Shown piece by piece: positions 39,158-46,886 of a DNA stretch of 64,000 nt. The DNA comes from an archaeon. GTDB lineage: Archaea > Undinarchaeota > Undinarchaeia > Undinarchaeales > JBDRKL01. The notes below the pieces were generated by a model, which saw only the letters and a list, made by a program, of their open reading frames with translations, searched no databases and was not told the DNA's origin. The position numbers were made by a program, and so were the translations under genes. The stretch lies in NCBI GenBank assembly GCA_043814055.1, contig JBDRKL010000010.1, positions 32,001 to 96,000 on the forward strand, in the 5' to 3' direction. How positions within the stretch are numbered: the first letter of the stretch is position 1; the number at the start of each line of letters is the position of its first letter.

Positions 39158-40255
39158 TTACCCTTCAACTTTAAACCGCAAAATCGCTGCGTACCCACCG
39201 AACTGTGAAATTTGCTGTCCTTCGCGGGTCTCGTTTGAAATGATTTGAACTTCTGTTGCAGTCTGCTGTGCAGTCTCAGTCAATTCTTCAATCTTTTCCT
39301 CGTCCAAATCCTCTGAAAGCATTAAAACTTCAATCGCGCCCATCGCAAGCGCCTTGCGCACATCCTCTTCGCCGTATGTAGCGAGCCCGGTGTCCTTGCC
39401 CAAATGCCCAAGGAACTTGTCCACAAGATGCTTCTCCTTCATCACCGCGGCTTCCTTGAGAATGTCATCTGACTTCTCTATGAGCTCGCGGAGCCCTTGC
39501 TCGCCTGTGTAGCCGATATCCAGAATGCCGAGCACTTTCTCACGCAAGTCAGTGTGTATGTGCTCTTTGTCCATCAATTCAGTTTTTGTAGGCCCTGGCC
39601 CGCCAACAATAATTCCTTTTAAGTTCTCCTCTTTCTTGAATATGGTGTTCGCTGCTTCGCTCACTTCCTTGTAAAAGTCATTCGCCATTCCCTCAATCAT
39701 CCTAGCGAACCTCTGCGCTGACTGCCCGCCTGCCCTGAACTTGCCAGGGATTAGCGAGTCAAAGCTCTCTACAATGTCAAGCCGTGTGCCTTTCAGGAAC
39801 GCGATGTCCGCATGCTGTCTTTCAATAACTATGAGCCCGTAGGTCTCGCGGCTCTCAAGCATGTCCTCCAGTGGCTCAAGCACGAACTTCTGCGAGCAGC
39901 GGTAAAGGTTCATATTGAGCGGCTTTGGCGGGGTAATGCTCTCCATCAGGAAGTCATCGCGGCCCTCGTTCTCCGAGACATTGCCGCAGAACACCGCGAG
40001 CCCGTTCTTCGGGGTCTGCTTAAACTGCTTGAAATGCTGTAGAATTTTAGTCAGCGCTGTGCCAACGTTCTTGCGCGTTGTCGCGCTCTTGATGTTTGAC
40101 GCAGTGCCCTGCTCCTCAAACAAGCGCCCGGCTGCCTTGTCCAGGTTGTAGCCGTCTGCGATGTAAACTGTGATTAGCTCAGTGTGCCTGCCACGCTTTG
40201 ACCTGAGCTCGCGGAGCTTTTTCTTCAGTTCGTGGAGTTGTTGTTCGTCGGTCAT
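39158..40255 (-). CDS. prf1: Archaeal peptide chain release factor aRF1
   Basis: GRHTELITVY, TASNIKS, YRC, GGQSAQRF, FGGYAAILRF. Confidence 0.96.
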   Translation of the reverse strand: MTDEQQLHELKKKLRELRSKRGRHTELITVYIADGYNLDKAAGRLFEEQGTASNIKSATTRKNVGTALTKILQHFKQFKQTPKNGLAVFCGNVSENEGRDDFLMESITPPKPLNMNLYRCSQKFVLEPLEDMLESRETYGLIVIERQHADIAFLKGTRLDIVESFDSLIPGKFRAGGQSAQRFARMIEGMANDFYKEVSEAANTIFKKEENLKGIIVGGPGPTKTELMDKEHIHTDLREKVLGILDIGYTGEQGLRELIEKSDDILKEAAVMKEKHLVDKFLGHLGKDTGLATYGEEDVRKALAMGAIEVLMLSEDLDEEKIEELTETAQQTATEVQIISNETREGQQISQFGGYAAILRFKVEG

Positions 40256-40584
40256 CCCAGCTTGTCGCCCTCCTTAACTTCCTGCTCCGGCTGCATTAGC
40301 ACAACGCCCTGGTCTGAATACGTGCCTAGCACGAGAACTTCAGACATGAAATTGCCAATTTGCTTTGGGGGAAAATTCACAACAGCCATAACTTGTTTTC
40401 CCACCAAATCTTCTGGCTTGTAAAGCTCTGTGAGTTGTGCGCTTGTTTTTTTTATTCCCATATGACCAAAGTCAATCTCCATTTTGTATGCGGGTACTTT
40501 TGCACCTTCAAACGACTCTGCTTTCAGCACTTTGCCTACCCTAATATCAACCTTCATGAAATCCGCGAATGTTATCTCAGGCAT
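40252..40584 (-). CDS. csaA: tRNA-binding protein / chaperone CsaA
   Basis: FxKVDIRVG, SAQLT, VVNFPPKQIGNFMSEVLVLG. Confidence 0.9.
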   Translation of the reverse strand: MPEITFADFMKVDIRVGKVLKAESFEGAKVPAYKMEIDFGHMGIKKTSAQLTELYKPEDLVGKQVMAVVNFPPKQIGNFMSEVLVLGTYSDQGVVLMQPEQEVKEGDKLG

Positions 40585-42973
40585 CCAAACTCACCTTCAG
40601 CCCTTCCCCTTCCTTAATCACAACTTCTTCAGCCCGCGCAGTGCCTTTTATGTCAAGTTCCAGCAACCCAAGCAACTTCTTGTTGCCTTCAATCGTGACT
40701 GTCTTAACCTCAGCTCCGAGCGATATGCTCTTCTCCTGCTTTGCCTGCCGCACTCCAGCCACAACCTGCAGGAGAAGCTCGCCAGCTTCCTTTGCCTCTG
40801 CATCAATCCATTCTTCCTTAACTTCAGGCCACTTTGAAGTGTGAATGCTCTTCTCTTTCTCTCTCTTTGCGTAGCTCCAGCTGAAAATTTCCTCAGTTAT
40901 GAACGGCATAATCGGCGCCATCATCTTCAAACATGAAAGCAGAACGTGATAAAGCGTGTACTGCGCGCCTTCCTTGCCCTCAGGGTACTTGTCCGGGTTG
41001 TACAGCCTGTCCTTAACAATTTCCAGATAATTGTCGCAAAGAATGTGCCAGAAGAAATTCTCCACATTCATCTTGGTTTTTGAATACTCATATTTCTCAA
41101 AGAAATCAGTTGATTCCTGCACTATATCATTCAATTTTGCAAGAATCCACTTGTCCACAACCCTGAGCTTCTCTTCCCCAGTCGGCTTGTAGCCCTCTAG
41201 GTGCATCTGTACGAACTTTGACGCATTGAATAGCTTGGTCGCGAACTTCATTCCGGTCTGCAGGTCTTTTTCCTGGAACGGCATATCCTCGCCGAGCGTT
41301 GAGCCAGCTGCCCAGAAGCGCAGCGCGTCCGCGGAGTATTTCTCAATTGTTGCCTGCGGCTCAACCACGTTGCCCTTTGACTTTGACATCTTCTTGCCTT
41401 TTGGGTCAAGCGCCCAGCCGCTAATCATTATGTCCTTCCACGGCGGCTTGTTGTAGTACAGTTTTGATTTTACCACAGTATTGAAGAGCCAGAACGTAAT
41501 TATGTCGTGCGCCTGTGGTCTGAGGCTCATCGGGAAGAGCTTGTCAAACAGTTCAGGGTATAGCCCGGCTGCAATCTGCGGTGTATGAGAGCTGGTCATC
41601 CAGGTGTCAAACACGTCCTTCTCAGGCTCAAAGTCGCTTGAGCCGCACTTGCACTTCTGCTTTGGCTTGTCCTTGAGCGGGTCAACAGGCAATTGCGACT
41701 CGTCAGCAATAATTGATTCCCCGCACTTTTTGCAATACCACACTGGAAGCGGAACTCCGAAGTGCCTCTGCCGCGAGATGCACCAGTCCCACTTAAGCCC
41801 GTCAATCCAGTTGTCATACCTGTGCTTCATGTACGCTGGGAACCAGTTCATCTCTCCCCCTGCGCCGAGGAAGTCAGCTTTCAGGTCCATGTAGCGGATG
41901 AACCACTGCTCAGTCATCAGAATTTCAAGGTCTGTTCCGCACTTGTCGTGCGTATTCACAACGTGCTTCATCGGCTCTGCTTTCTCAAGCCGTCCATCCT
42001 TTTCCAGGTCCTGGGTGATTGCGTCGCGCGCCTCTTTCATCTTCAAGCCTTTGTACTGACCAGCTTTCTCATTGAGCGTGCCGTCCTTGTTAAGTATTTC
42101 AATCGGGGTTATGCCAAAGTCCTCAACCCACTGAACATCGTCCATATCTCCAAATGTGCAGTGATACACAGCTCCAGTTCCGAACTCAGGATCAGCGTCT
42201 TTGTTAGCATAAATCTCAACTTCCCTGTCAAAACCAAGTGGTAGAATCGCTTTTTTACCCACAAATTCCTTGTAGCGCTTGTCATTTGGGTGCACGAAAA
42301 CTGCAACGCAGGCTGGCAAAAGCTCAGGCCTTGTTGTTGCGATTGTGATTGGCTTTCCCTCAGTTGTGTCCATTTTGAAGTAAACGAATTTTGATTCGCG
42401 CTCCTCGTCCTTCATCTCCACCTGCGCAATCGCGGTCTGGCACTCCGGGCACCACATGAATGGGCTCCGCTTGCGATAAACGCGGTTTATCTTGTGCAAA
42501 TCCAGGAAAGATTTCTGCGCTATTTTCTGGCAGTGCTCATTGATTGTTGTGTAAGTAACATTAAAATCAGCAGAAGTTCCGATGCGCTTCCAGTCCTCAA
42601 TATACTGCGGTCTAAGCTCTTTCTCAAGTGTTTCAAGGCAGAGCTTGACGAAATCAGCGCGCTCCATCCGGGTTGATTTGACTTTCTTCATCTTCTCAAT
42701 CAAGCGCTCAGTAGGGAGTCCGTTGTCGTCAGTTCCGAAAGGGTAGAAGAGGTTGTAGCCGCGCATTCGCTTGTACCGCGCGACAAAGTCCATTTGAGAG
42801 TATGAAAAAGCGTGTCCTATGTGCATTTTGCCTGAGACAGTTGGTGGCGGAGTGTCTATTGAATAAATAGGCGCATTGCTCTTTGGGTCAAAGGCGTAAG
42901 TTTTGTCCTTGTCCCAAGTGTCGCGCCACTTCTTCTCGGCTTCCTTTGCGTTATAGTGCTTGGATGGGTCCAT
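40577..42973 (-). CDS. valS: Valine--tRNA ligase (archaeal type)
   Basis: SIDTPPPTVSG, HIGH, DDNGLPTE, ATTRPE, DWCISRQR, KMSKS. Confidence 0.96.
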   Translation of the reverse strand: MDPSKHYNAKEAEKKWRDTWDKDKTYAFDPKSNAPIYSIDTPPPTVSGKMHIGHAFSYSQMDFVARYKRMRGYNLFYPFGTDDNGLPTERLIEKMKKVKSTRMERADFVKLCLETLEKELRPQYIEDWKRIGTSADFNVTYTTINEHCQKIAQKSFLDLHKINRVYRKRSPFMWCPECQTAIAQVEMKDEERESKFVYFKMDTTEGKPITIATTRPELLPACVAVFVHPNDKRYKEFVGKKAILPLGFDREVEIYANKDADPEFGTGAVYHCTFGDMDDVQWVEDFGITPIEILNKDGTLNEKAGQYKGLKMKEARDAITQDLEKDGRLEKAEPMKHVVNTHDKCGTDLEILMTEQWFIRYMDLKADFLGAGGEMNWFPAYMKHRYDNWIDGLKWDWCISRQRHFGVPLPVWYCKKCGESIIADESQLPVDPLKDKPKQKCKCGSSDFEPEKDVFDTWMTSSHTPQIAAGLYPELFDKLFPMSLRPQAHDIITFWLFNTVVKSKLYYNKPPWKDIMISGWALDPKGKKMSKSKGNVVEPQATIEKYSADALRFWAAGSTLGEDMPFQEKDLQTGMKFATKLFNASKFVQMHLEGYKPTGEEKLRVVDKWILAKLNDIVQESTDFFEKYEYSKTKMNVENFFWHILCDNYLEIVKDRLYNPDKYPEGKEGAQYTLYHVLLSCLKMMAPIMPFITEEIFSWSYAKREKEKSIHTSKWPEVKEEWIDAEAKEAGELLLQVVAGVRQAKQEKSISLGAEVKTVTIEGNKKLLGLLELDIKGTARAEEVVIKEGEGLKVSLDA

Positions 42974-43015
42974 TTTAAGATTTTAAAAGAATATGAGCCG
43001 GGCTAAACCCGATGT

Positions 43016-43045
43016 TCAAACTACAACAACTGAAGAGTTGCTCAT
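43016..43045 (-). promoter_or_regulatory. Leader-peptide uORF MSNSSVVVV upstream of valS
   Basis: Minus strand ATG AGC AAC TCT TCA GTT GTT GTA GTT TGA. It is followed by the hairpin CGGGTTTAGCCCG and a T-rich tract, and its stop lies 42 nt before the valS ATG. Confidence 0.75.
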
Positions 43046-43067
43046 AAGGAGAGTATTGAGTGCTGGG

Positions 43068-43075
43068 TATAAAAA
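43068..43075 (-). promoter_or_regulatory. TATA box for the valS-csaA-prf1 transcript
   Basis: TTTTTATA on the minus strand ends ~22 nt upstream of the uORF ATG. Confidence 0.6.
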
Positions 43076-43081
43076 GGTTAC

Positions 43082-43879
43082 TTAAAAACTCCCCAGCGTG
43101 CTCTGCGCAATCTCGTCCAAGCTTACGCGTTGCCCGTCCTTTGCCGCGATTGTCCTGACTCCAGTTTCATCCTGAATCTTGCTGGCTTCGTGCTCCGGTC
43201 CTGCCTCAAGACTCTTCATTCCGAAATGAGTTAGAACGCAGAGCTTCGGCCTGACTTCATTGAGTATGTTCACAACGTCCTCGCTGCACAAATGCCATTT
43301 TATCCTCTCATTACCTGATCTGAGCAGGCCGATTATCAAAATATCAATATCTTTATACTCTTCTGCAAGCCCTTCAAAATACTCTGTGTCGCTTGTGTAA
43401 GCAATCTTTTTCCCATCATATTCAAGCACAAAGCCGAACGTGCTCGGGTCCTTGTGCTGTGCTTTTGTTGCCCTGAACTTGACACTGCCGAGCTCATACT
43501 CATCACCTGGCTTAACCAGGTGCTTTTCTGCGAGATTCTCAGCGTGGAAACTGGATATGCAGGGCTCAATGTCCTCAACCCCGCTCAGGACGGACTCTGA
43601 AGCAAGAAGAACGCCGCGCTTTTTCGTGGCGCTGCTGGTCATTGCCTCAATCATCACGTTCATATCAGTGCAGTGGTCTGGGTGGCCGTGGGTTGTGATT
43701 AAATGCGTAACTTTGCTCGCCCACTCCTGACTCTGCCTGCACCGAACTAATGCGCCCGGCCCAGGGTCTGCGTGGATTACAGTATCACCCAAGTTGAAGC
43801 GGATGCCTCCTGTTGCGCGCTTTTGCGTAAGCATCACAAACCTGCCGCCGCCGGTGCCGAGGAATACTATGGTGTCCAT
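43082..43879 (-). CDS. Metallo-beta-lactamase fold hydrolase
   Basis: FLGTGGGR, DPGPG, THGHPDH, SDT, THFG. Confidence 0.88.
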   Translation of the reverse strand: MDTIVFLGTGGGRFVMLTQKRATGGIRFNLGDTVIHADPGPGALVRCRQSQEWASKVTHLITTHGHPDHCTDMNVMIEAMTSSATKKRGVLLASESVLSGVEDIEPCISSFHAENLAEKHLVKPGDEYELGSVKFRATKAQHKDPSTFGFVLEYDGKKIAYTSDTEYFEGLAEEYKDIDILIIGLLRSGNERIKWHLCSEDVVNILNEVRPKLCVLTHFGMKSLEAGPEHEASKIQDETGVRTIAAKDGQRVSLDEIAQSTLGSF

Positions 43880-43947
43880 TAGAGCTTTGAGTTGCTTTTT
43901 CGCATTAATAAAAGTAACTATAAATATTACGAGACCAACTATATACT

Positions 43948-45840
43948 ATGGGCTTTTTCAGCAAGAAGAAAACGTGCTTGAACTGCGGAGCAAAATATTC
44001 TGAAGACGAGTTTTATTGCCCTAAGTGCGGCAATGCCAATTTGCAAGGGAGCAAGCGCAAGAAGCTGAAACCTAGGGTTCATAAACTAACTGGAAAGTCA
44101 ATGCCTAAAGACACTAGGCTAAGTCCAGTACCTCCAAAAAGGCCGAAAGGCCAGCACGGCAAGAAGCCTACAAAGCCAAAAAAGACTCTGGTAGAACCTA
44201 TACCTCCTGCAGTTGCAAAGATGGGGCCTTACGACACTACTGGTATGGGCAAGGAAGAATATTTGGATTCTCTTGACACGATACTAAGGGATGAGTACAA
44301 ATTCCCAGATTCTGATGTATCCAAAATTGTAACTATTCTAGATGAGGAGATAAAAGCGGGCCGTTCAAACCGGACTGCTGCGGAAAAGCTGAGTGAAATA
44401 GTTCCAAAGAAGCAGGCTAAAGCGGTCAGGGAAACAATGGGCAAGCTTCCTCCGATTGCGAACATAGGCAAACCTCCTGAAGAGAATCCTCTTTTTATTG
44501 AAGCCCAGAAAGCGTTTGACAAAGGTGATTTCGGCGAGGTTATTACCCTAATTAACCAACTTGCTGAGAAAGGGCATTTTAGTGGAACTATTGAAGCCTT
44601 GCGGTTAAGGGCTGAAGCTCGTTTGCGATTAAAAGCTATACATCTATCCGACCTTCCGCCTAAGGAGAAAAAGCAAAATTTTGCAGCTGAAATTGAATCC
44701 GTTGACTCGGCGATTCAAGAGCTTGAGTTTGCGCTTGAGGGTGAGAGAGGGATGACAGAGCTTGAGGCTGAGTTGGAAGCTGAACTTGACTCTCTGGAAG
44801 ATGAGCTTGAAGCTAGCCTTGAGGATGAGCTGGAAGCGGAGCTTGAAGATAGCTCTAAACAACAAAATGTTTTCAGACTGATGGTTAGGAAAATACCTAA
44901 TCCTGAGTTTTTCTTCAAGATTTACAAAGGCAAACCGCACGATGCTGATGTCGCAGTACTGCGTCCAATTACAATGAAGCGCCATGGCATAGAATTCGGC
45001 GACACGTTAAAGCTTGCAATTTATAAGAGCAAACAGTCTAAATCAGGGGGGACTCCTCTCTCGCAATTAAAGGCAAAGAGCTTCAAGGTTGTCGGGAAGA
45101 AATACTTAGATGAAATGAAAAAAGTTCGTGATACTGCGGTTGACCAAACGCTGGGTCGCGAGAGCATTTACTTGTTGCCTAGCAGGCTCAGGCAAGATGG
45201 CTTTGTTGAGGGCAAGTTTGTTAATGTTAAATTGGTTAAAGGGGGTATGCGGGCACAGTCTCCGTGGAAAAACCGTGGAAAATTAGACCGCTTATTTAGT
45301 AAAGAAATGCCACCTAGTGGAAATCCTAGCTTAGATGCAATTTTTAAAAAAATTAGTTCATATCGCTCATATTCCAATGGCGGGTATAAGCTAAAATTAG
45401 CTCTTAAAGAAGCTAATACCGCTTTACAACATTATCCAATGCATAGGGAGCGGATATTAGCTCAGCGATCTATACTGTATCATAAAATGGAGAATTACAC
45501 TAAGGCTCTTAAGGATTATAATGAGTTATTGTCTATTGATCCTAATTGTCCAGCGTATATGGTGAACCGCGGACTTTTGTATCGAAATATAGGGGAGTAT
45601 CACCTTGCACTAGATGACCTTAACCGAGCATTAGAACTTTTTAAAAAGAAGGGTGAAATGCGTTGTGCAAGTCAGGTTGAACATGAACTTTTTACCTTGT
45701 TAGTGAATGAGGGTGCACACTGCTCCACATGTTCGGAGCTTCTTGACCCCTCTAAATTAACTAAATTAAAAGCCGGCGAAAAAGCTGAGGTAATATGCAA
45801 AAAATGTGGTGCTAAAAACTGGATAGAAATGTTTAACTAA
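43948..45840 (+). CDS. Mosaic protein: Zn ribbon, acidic coiled coil, DPBB-like segment, TPRs, C-terminal Zn ribbon
   Basis: CLNC..CPKC; ELEAELE repeats; MKRHGIEFGDTLKL; ALKDYN..YMVNRGLLY; CSTC..CKKC. Confidence 0.65.
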   Translation: MGFFSKKKTCLNCGAKYSEDEFYCPKCGNANLQGSKRKKLKPRVHKLTGKSMPKDTRLSPVPPKRPKGQHGKKPTKPKKTLVEPIPPAVAKMGPYDTTGMGKEEYLDSLDTILRDEYKFPDSDVSKIVTILDEEIKAGRSNRTAAEKLSEIVPKKQAKAVRETMGKLPPIANIGKPPEENPLFIEAQKAFDKGDFGEVITLINQLAEKGHFSGTIEALRLRAEARLRLKAIHLSDLPPKEKKQNFAAEIESVDSAIQELEFALEGERGMTELEAELEAELDSLEDELEASLEDELEAELEDSSKQQNVFRLMVRKIPNPEFFFKIYKGKPHDADVAVLRPITMKRHGIEFGDTLKLAIYKSKQSKSGGTPLSQLKAKSFKVVGKKYLDEMKKVRDTAVDQTLGRESIYLLPSRLRQDGFVEGKFVNVKLVKGGMRAQSPWKNRGKLDRLFSKEMPPSGNPSLDAIFKKISSYRSYSNGGYKLKLALKEANTALQHYPMHRERILAQRSILYHKMENYTKALKDYNELLSIDPNCPAYMVNRGLLYRNIGEYHLALDDLNRALELFKKKGEMRCASQVEHELFTLLVNEGAHCSTCSELLDPSKLTKLKAGEKAEVICKKCGAKNWIEMFN

Positions 45841-45999
45841 GTTATACAGCTAGACGTGTTAATCTACTACATTCACTATTTATTTTCTCTAAAACGGGCC
45901 CGTTGCCTAGCTTGATACGCGTGTCTTCGCACCTGATACAACTGACTCTCTAATAAAGATATTTAAGCAACCTGCTCTTAATTTTTCTGAGGTGATTTT

Positions 46000-46506
46000 A
46001 TGAATCTTGGTTTTATGAAAGGTAAGCTGGATGTTTCGCTTGAAAACGTCAACTTCTCACCCGGCGATACCATAGCAGGGACTGTAAAGCTTGAGCTTAA
46101 AAAGCCGGTCAAGGCAAGAAAGCTTGTTGTTGCATTTATCGGCGAAAAGACCGTGAGCCAGGCGTCTGTCTCCATAGGGATGGGGAGTTCACGCCACAAG
46201 CCCCAGAACAGGAAGATTTGCATACACAAGTTTGAGATGACGCTGGACGGCGAGAAAGACTACACAATGGGCGAATACCCGTTTCAGATTGCCGTGCCGA
46301 GCGACTTGCTCAGCAGGAACCCGCAGGTGGAAGGCGCGCTCGGCTCAGTAGTGAAAGCCGTGCAGGTGCTTGGCGGCGGCTATTCAAGGGTGAATTGGTT
46401 CGTAACCGCATACCTTGACGTGCCCTTTGGCGTTAATGTCAGCAAGACTGTGCAGGTGAACATAAGCGAGGGCGCAGTCCAGGGCGGAAGTGTCATAAAG
46501 GGCTAG
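46000..46506 (+). CDS. Arrestin-N / Spo0M-like fold protein
   Basis: FSPGDTIAGTVKLELKKPVKARKLVVAFIGE..GEYPFQIAVP..WFVTAYLDVP. Confidence 0.65.
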   Translation: MNLGFMKGKLDVSLENVNFSPGDTIAGTVKLELKKPVKARKLVVAFIGEKTVSQASVSIGMGSSRHKPQNRKICIHKFEMTLDGEKDYTMGEYPFQIAVPSDLLSRNPQVEGALGSVVKAVQVLGGGYSRVNWFVTAYLDVPFGVNVSKTVQVNISEGAVQGGSVIKG

Positions 46507-46529
46507 TCTTTATTGTGTTTCGTTAAAGT

Positions 46530-46660
46530 GGGCCCGTGGAGCTCTCCGCCTGGCCGCGGAGGATGGCCAGGCCGCATCACTCAACACACGTGAAACGTGT
46601 GTGCATGAATCACCGCTTTGCGGTGATCCATGTTTGTGATGCTGCGGCCTTACCGGGCTC
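46530..46660. ncRNA. Unidentified highly structured element upstream of tRNA-Ala
   Basis: Outer stem GGGCCCG/CGGGCTC. CTCCGC/GCGGAG hairpin whose loop CTGGCC complements GGCCAG. Long stem AGGCCGCATCAC/GTGATGC(TGC)GGCCT. Hairpins ACACACGT-GAA-ACGTGTGT and ATCACCGC-TTT-GCGGTGAT. Confidence 0.6.
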
Positions 46661-46683
46661 GTTAGCTGGAAGCCAAATAAAGT

Positions 46684-46836
46684 GGGCCCGTAGCTCAGTC
46701 TGGTAGATCGCATCCTTCGCAAGTCAGAACCTAACGGTTCCGACACCTCCCTTGCGGCTTCGCTGCTAAGAGGTAAACGTTCGCAGGAATGTTTCGAAAC
46801 AGGATGAGGCCTCGAGTTCAAATCTCGACGGGTCCA
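46684..46836 (+). tRNA. tRNA-Ala(CGC) with 79-nt intron at 37/38 (intron 46722-46800)
   Basis: Acceptor GGGCCCG/CGGGTCC with G3:U70 and A73; anticodon stem CATCC/GGATG; T-arm TCGAG-TTCAAAT-CTCGA; BHB-type helix TTCG/CGAA with CAA and ACA bulges. Confidence 0.92.
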
Positions 46837-46886
46837 TTCTTTTCCAAATCCAAACTATTTTATAATCTCTTAACTTATCTAAATCT

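Noticed and set aside
45893-45950. tRNA 5'-half or split tRNA (GGGCCCGTTGCCTAGC...)
   Set aside because: No D-stem closure, anticodon arm or BHB partner; explained by the 12-bp palindrome AACGGGCCCGTT.
46530-46660. RNase P RNA, SRP RNA, 5S rRNA or tmRNA identity for element A
   Set aside because: It lacks GAGGAAAGUCC/ACAGAA (only a faint GAGGA...GGCCTTA echo), the SRP helix-8 motif, 5S conserved loops and a T-arm, and it is too short.
46510-46821. 103-aa minus-strand ORF
   Set aside because: Antisense to tRNA-Ala and the structured element; GC-rich shadow ORF.
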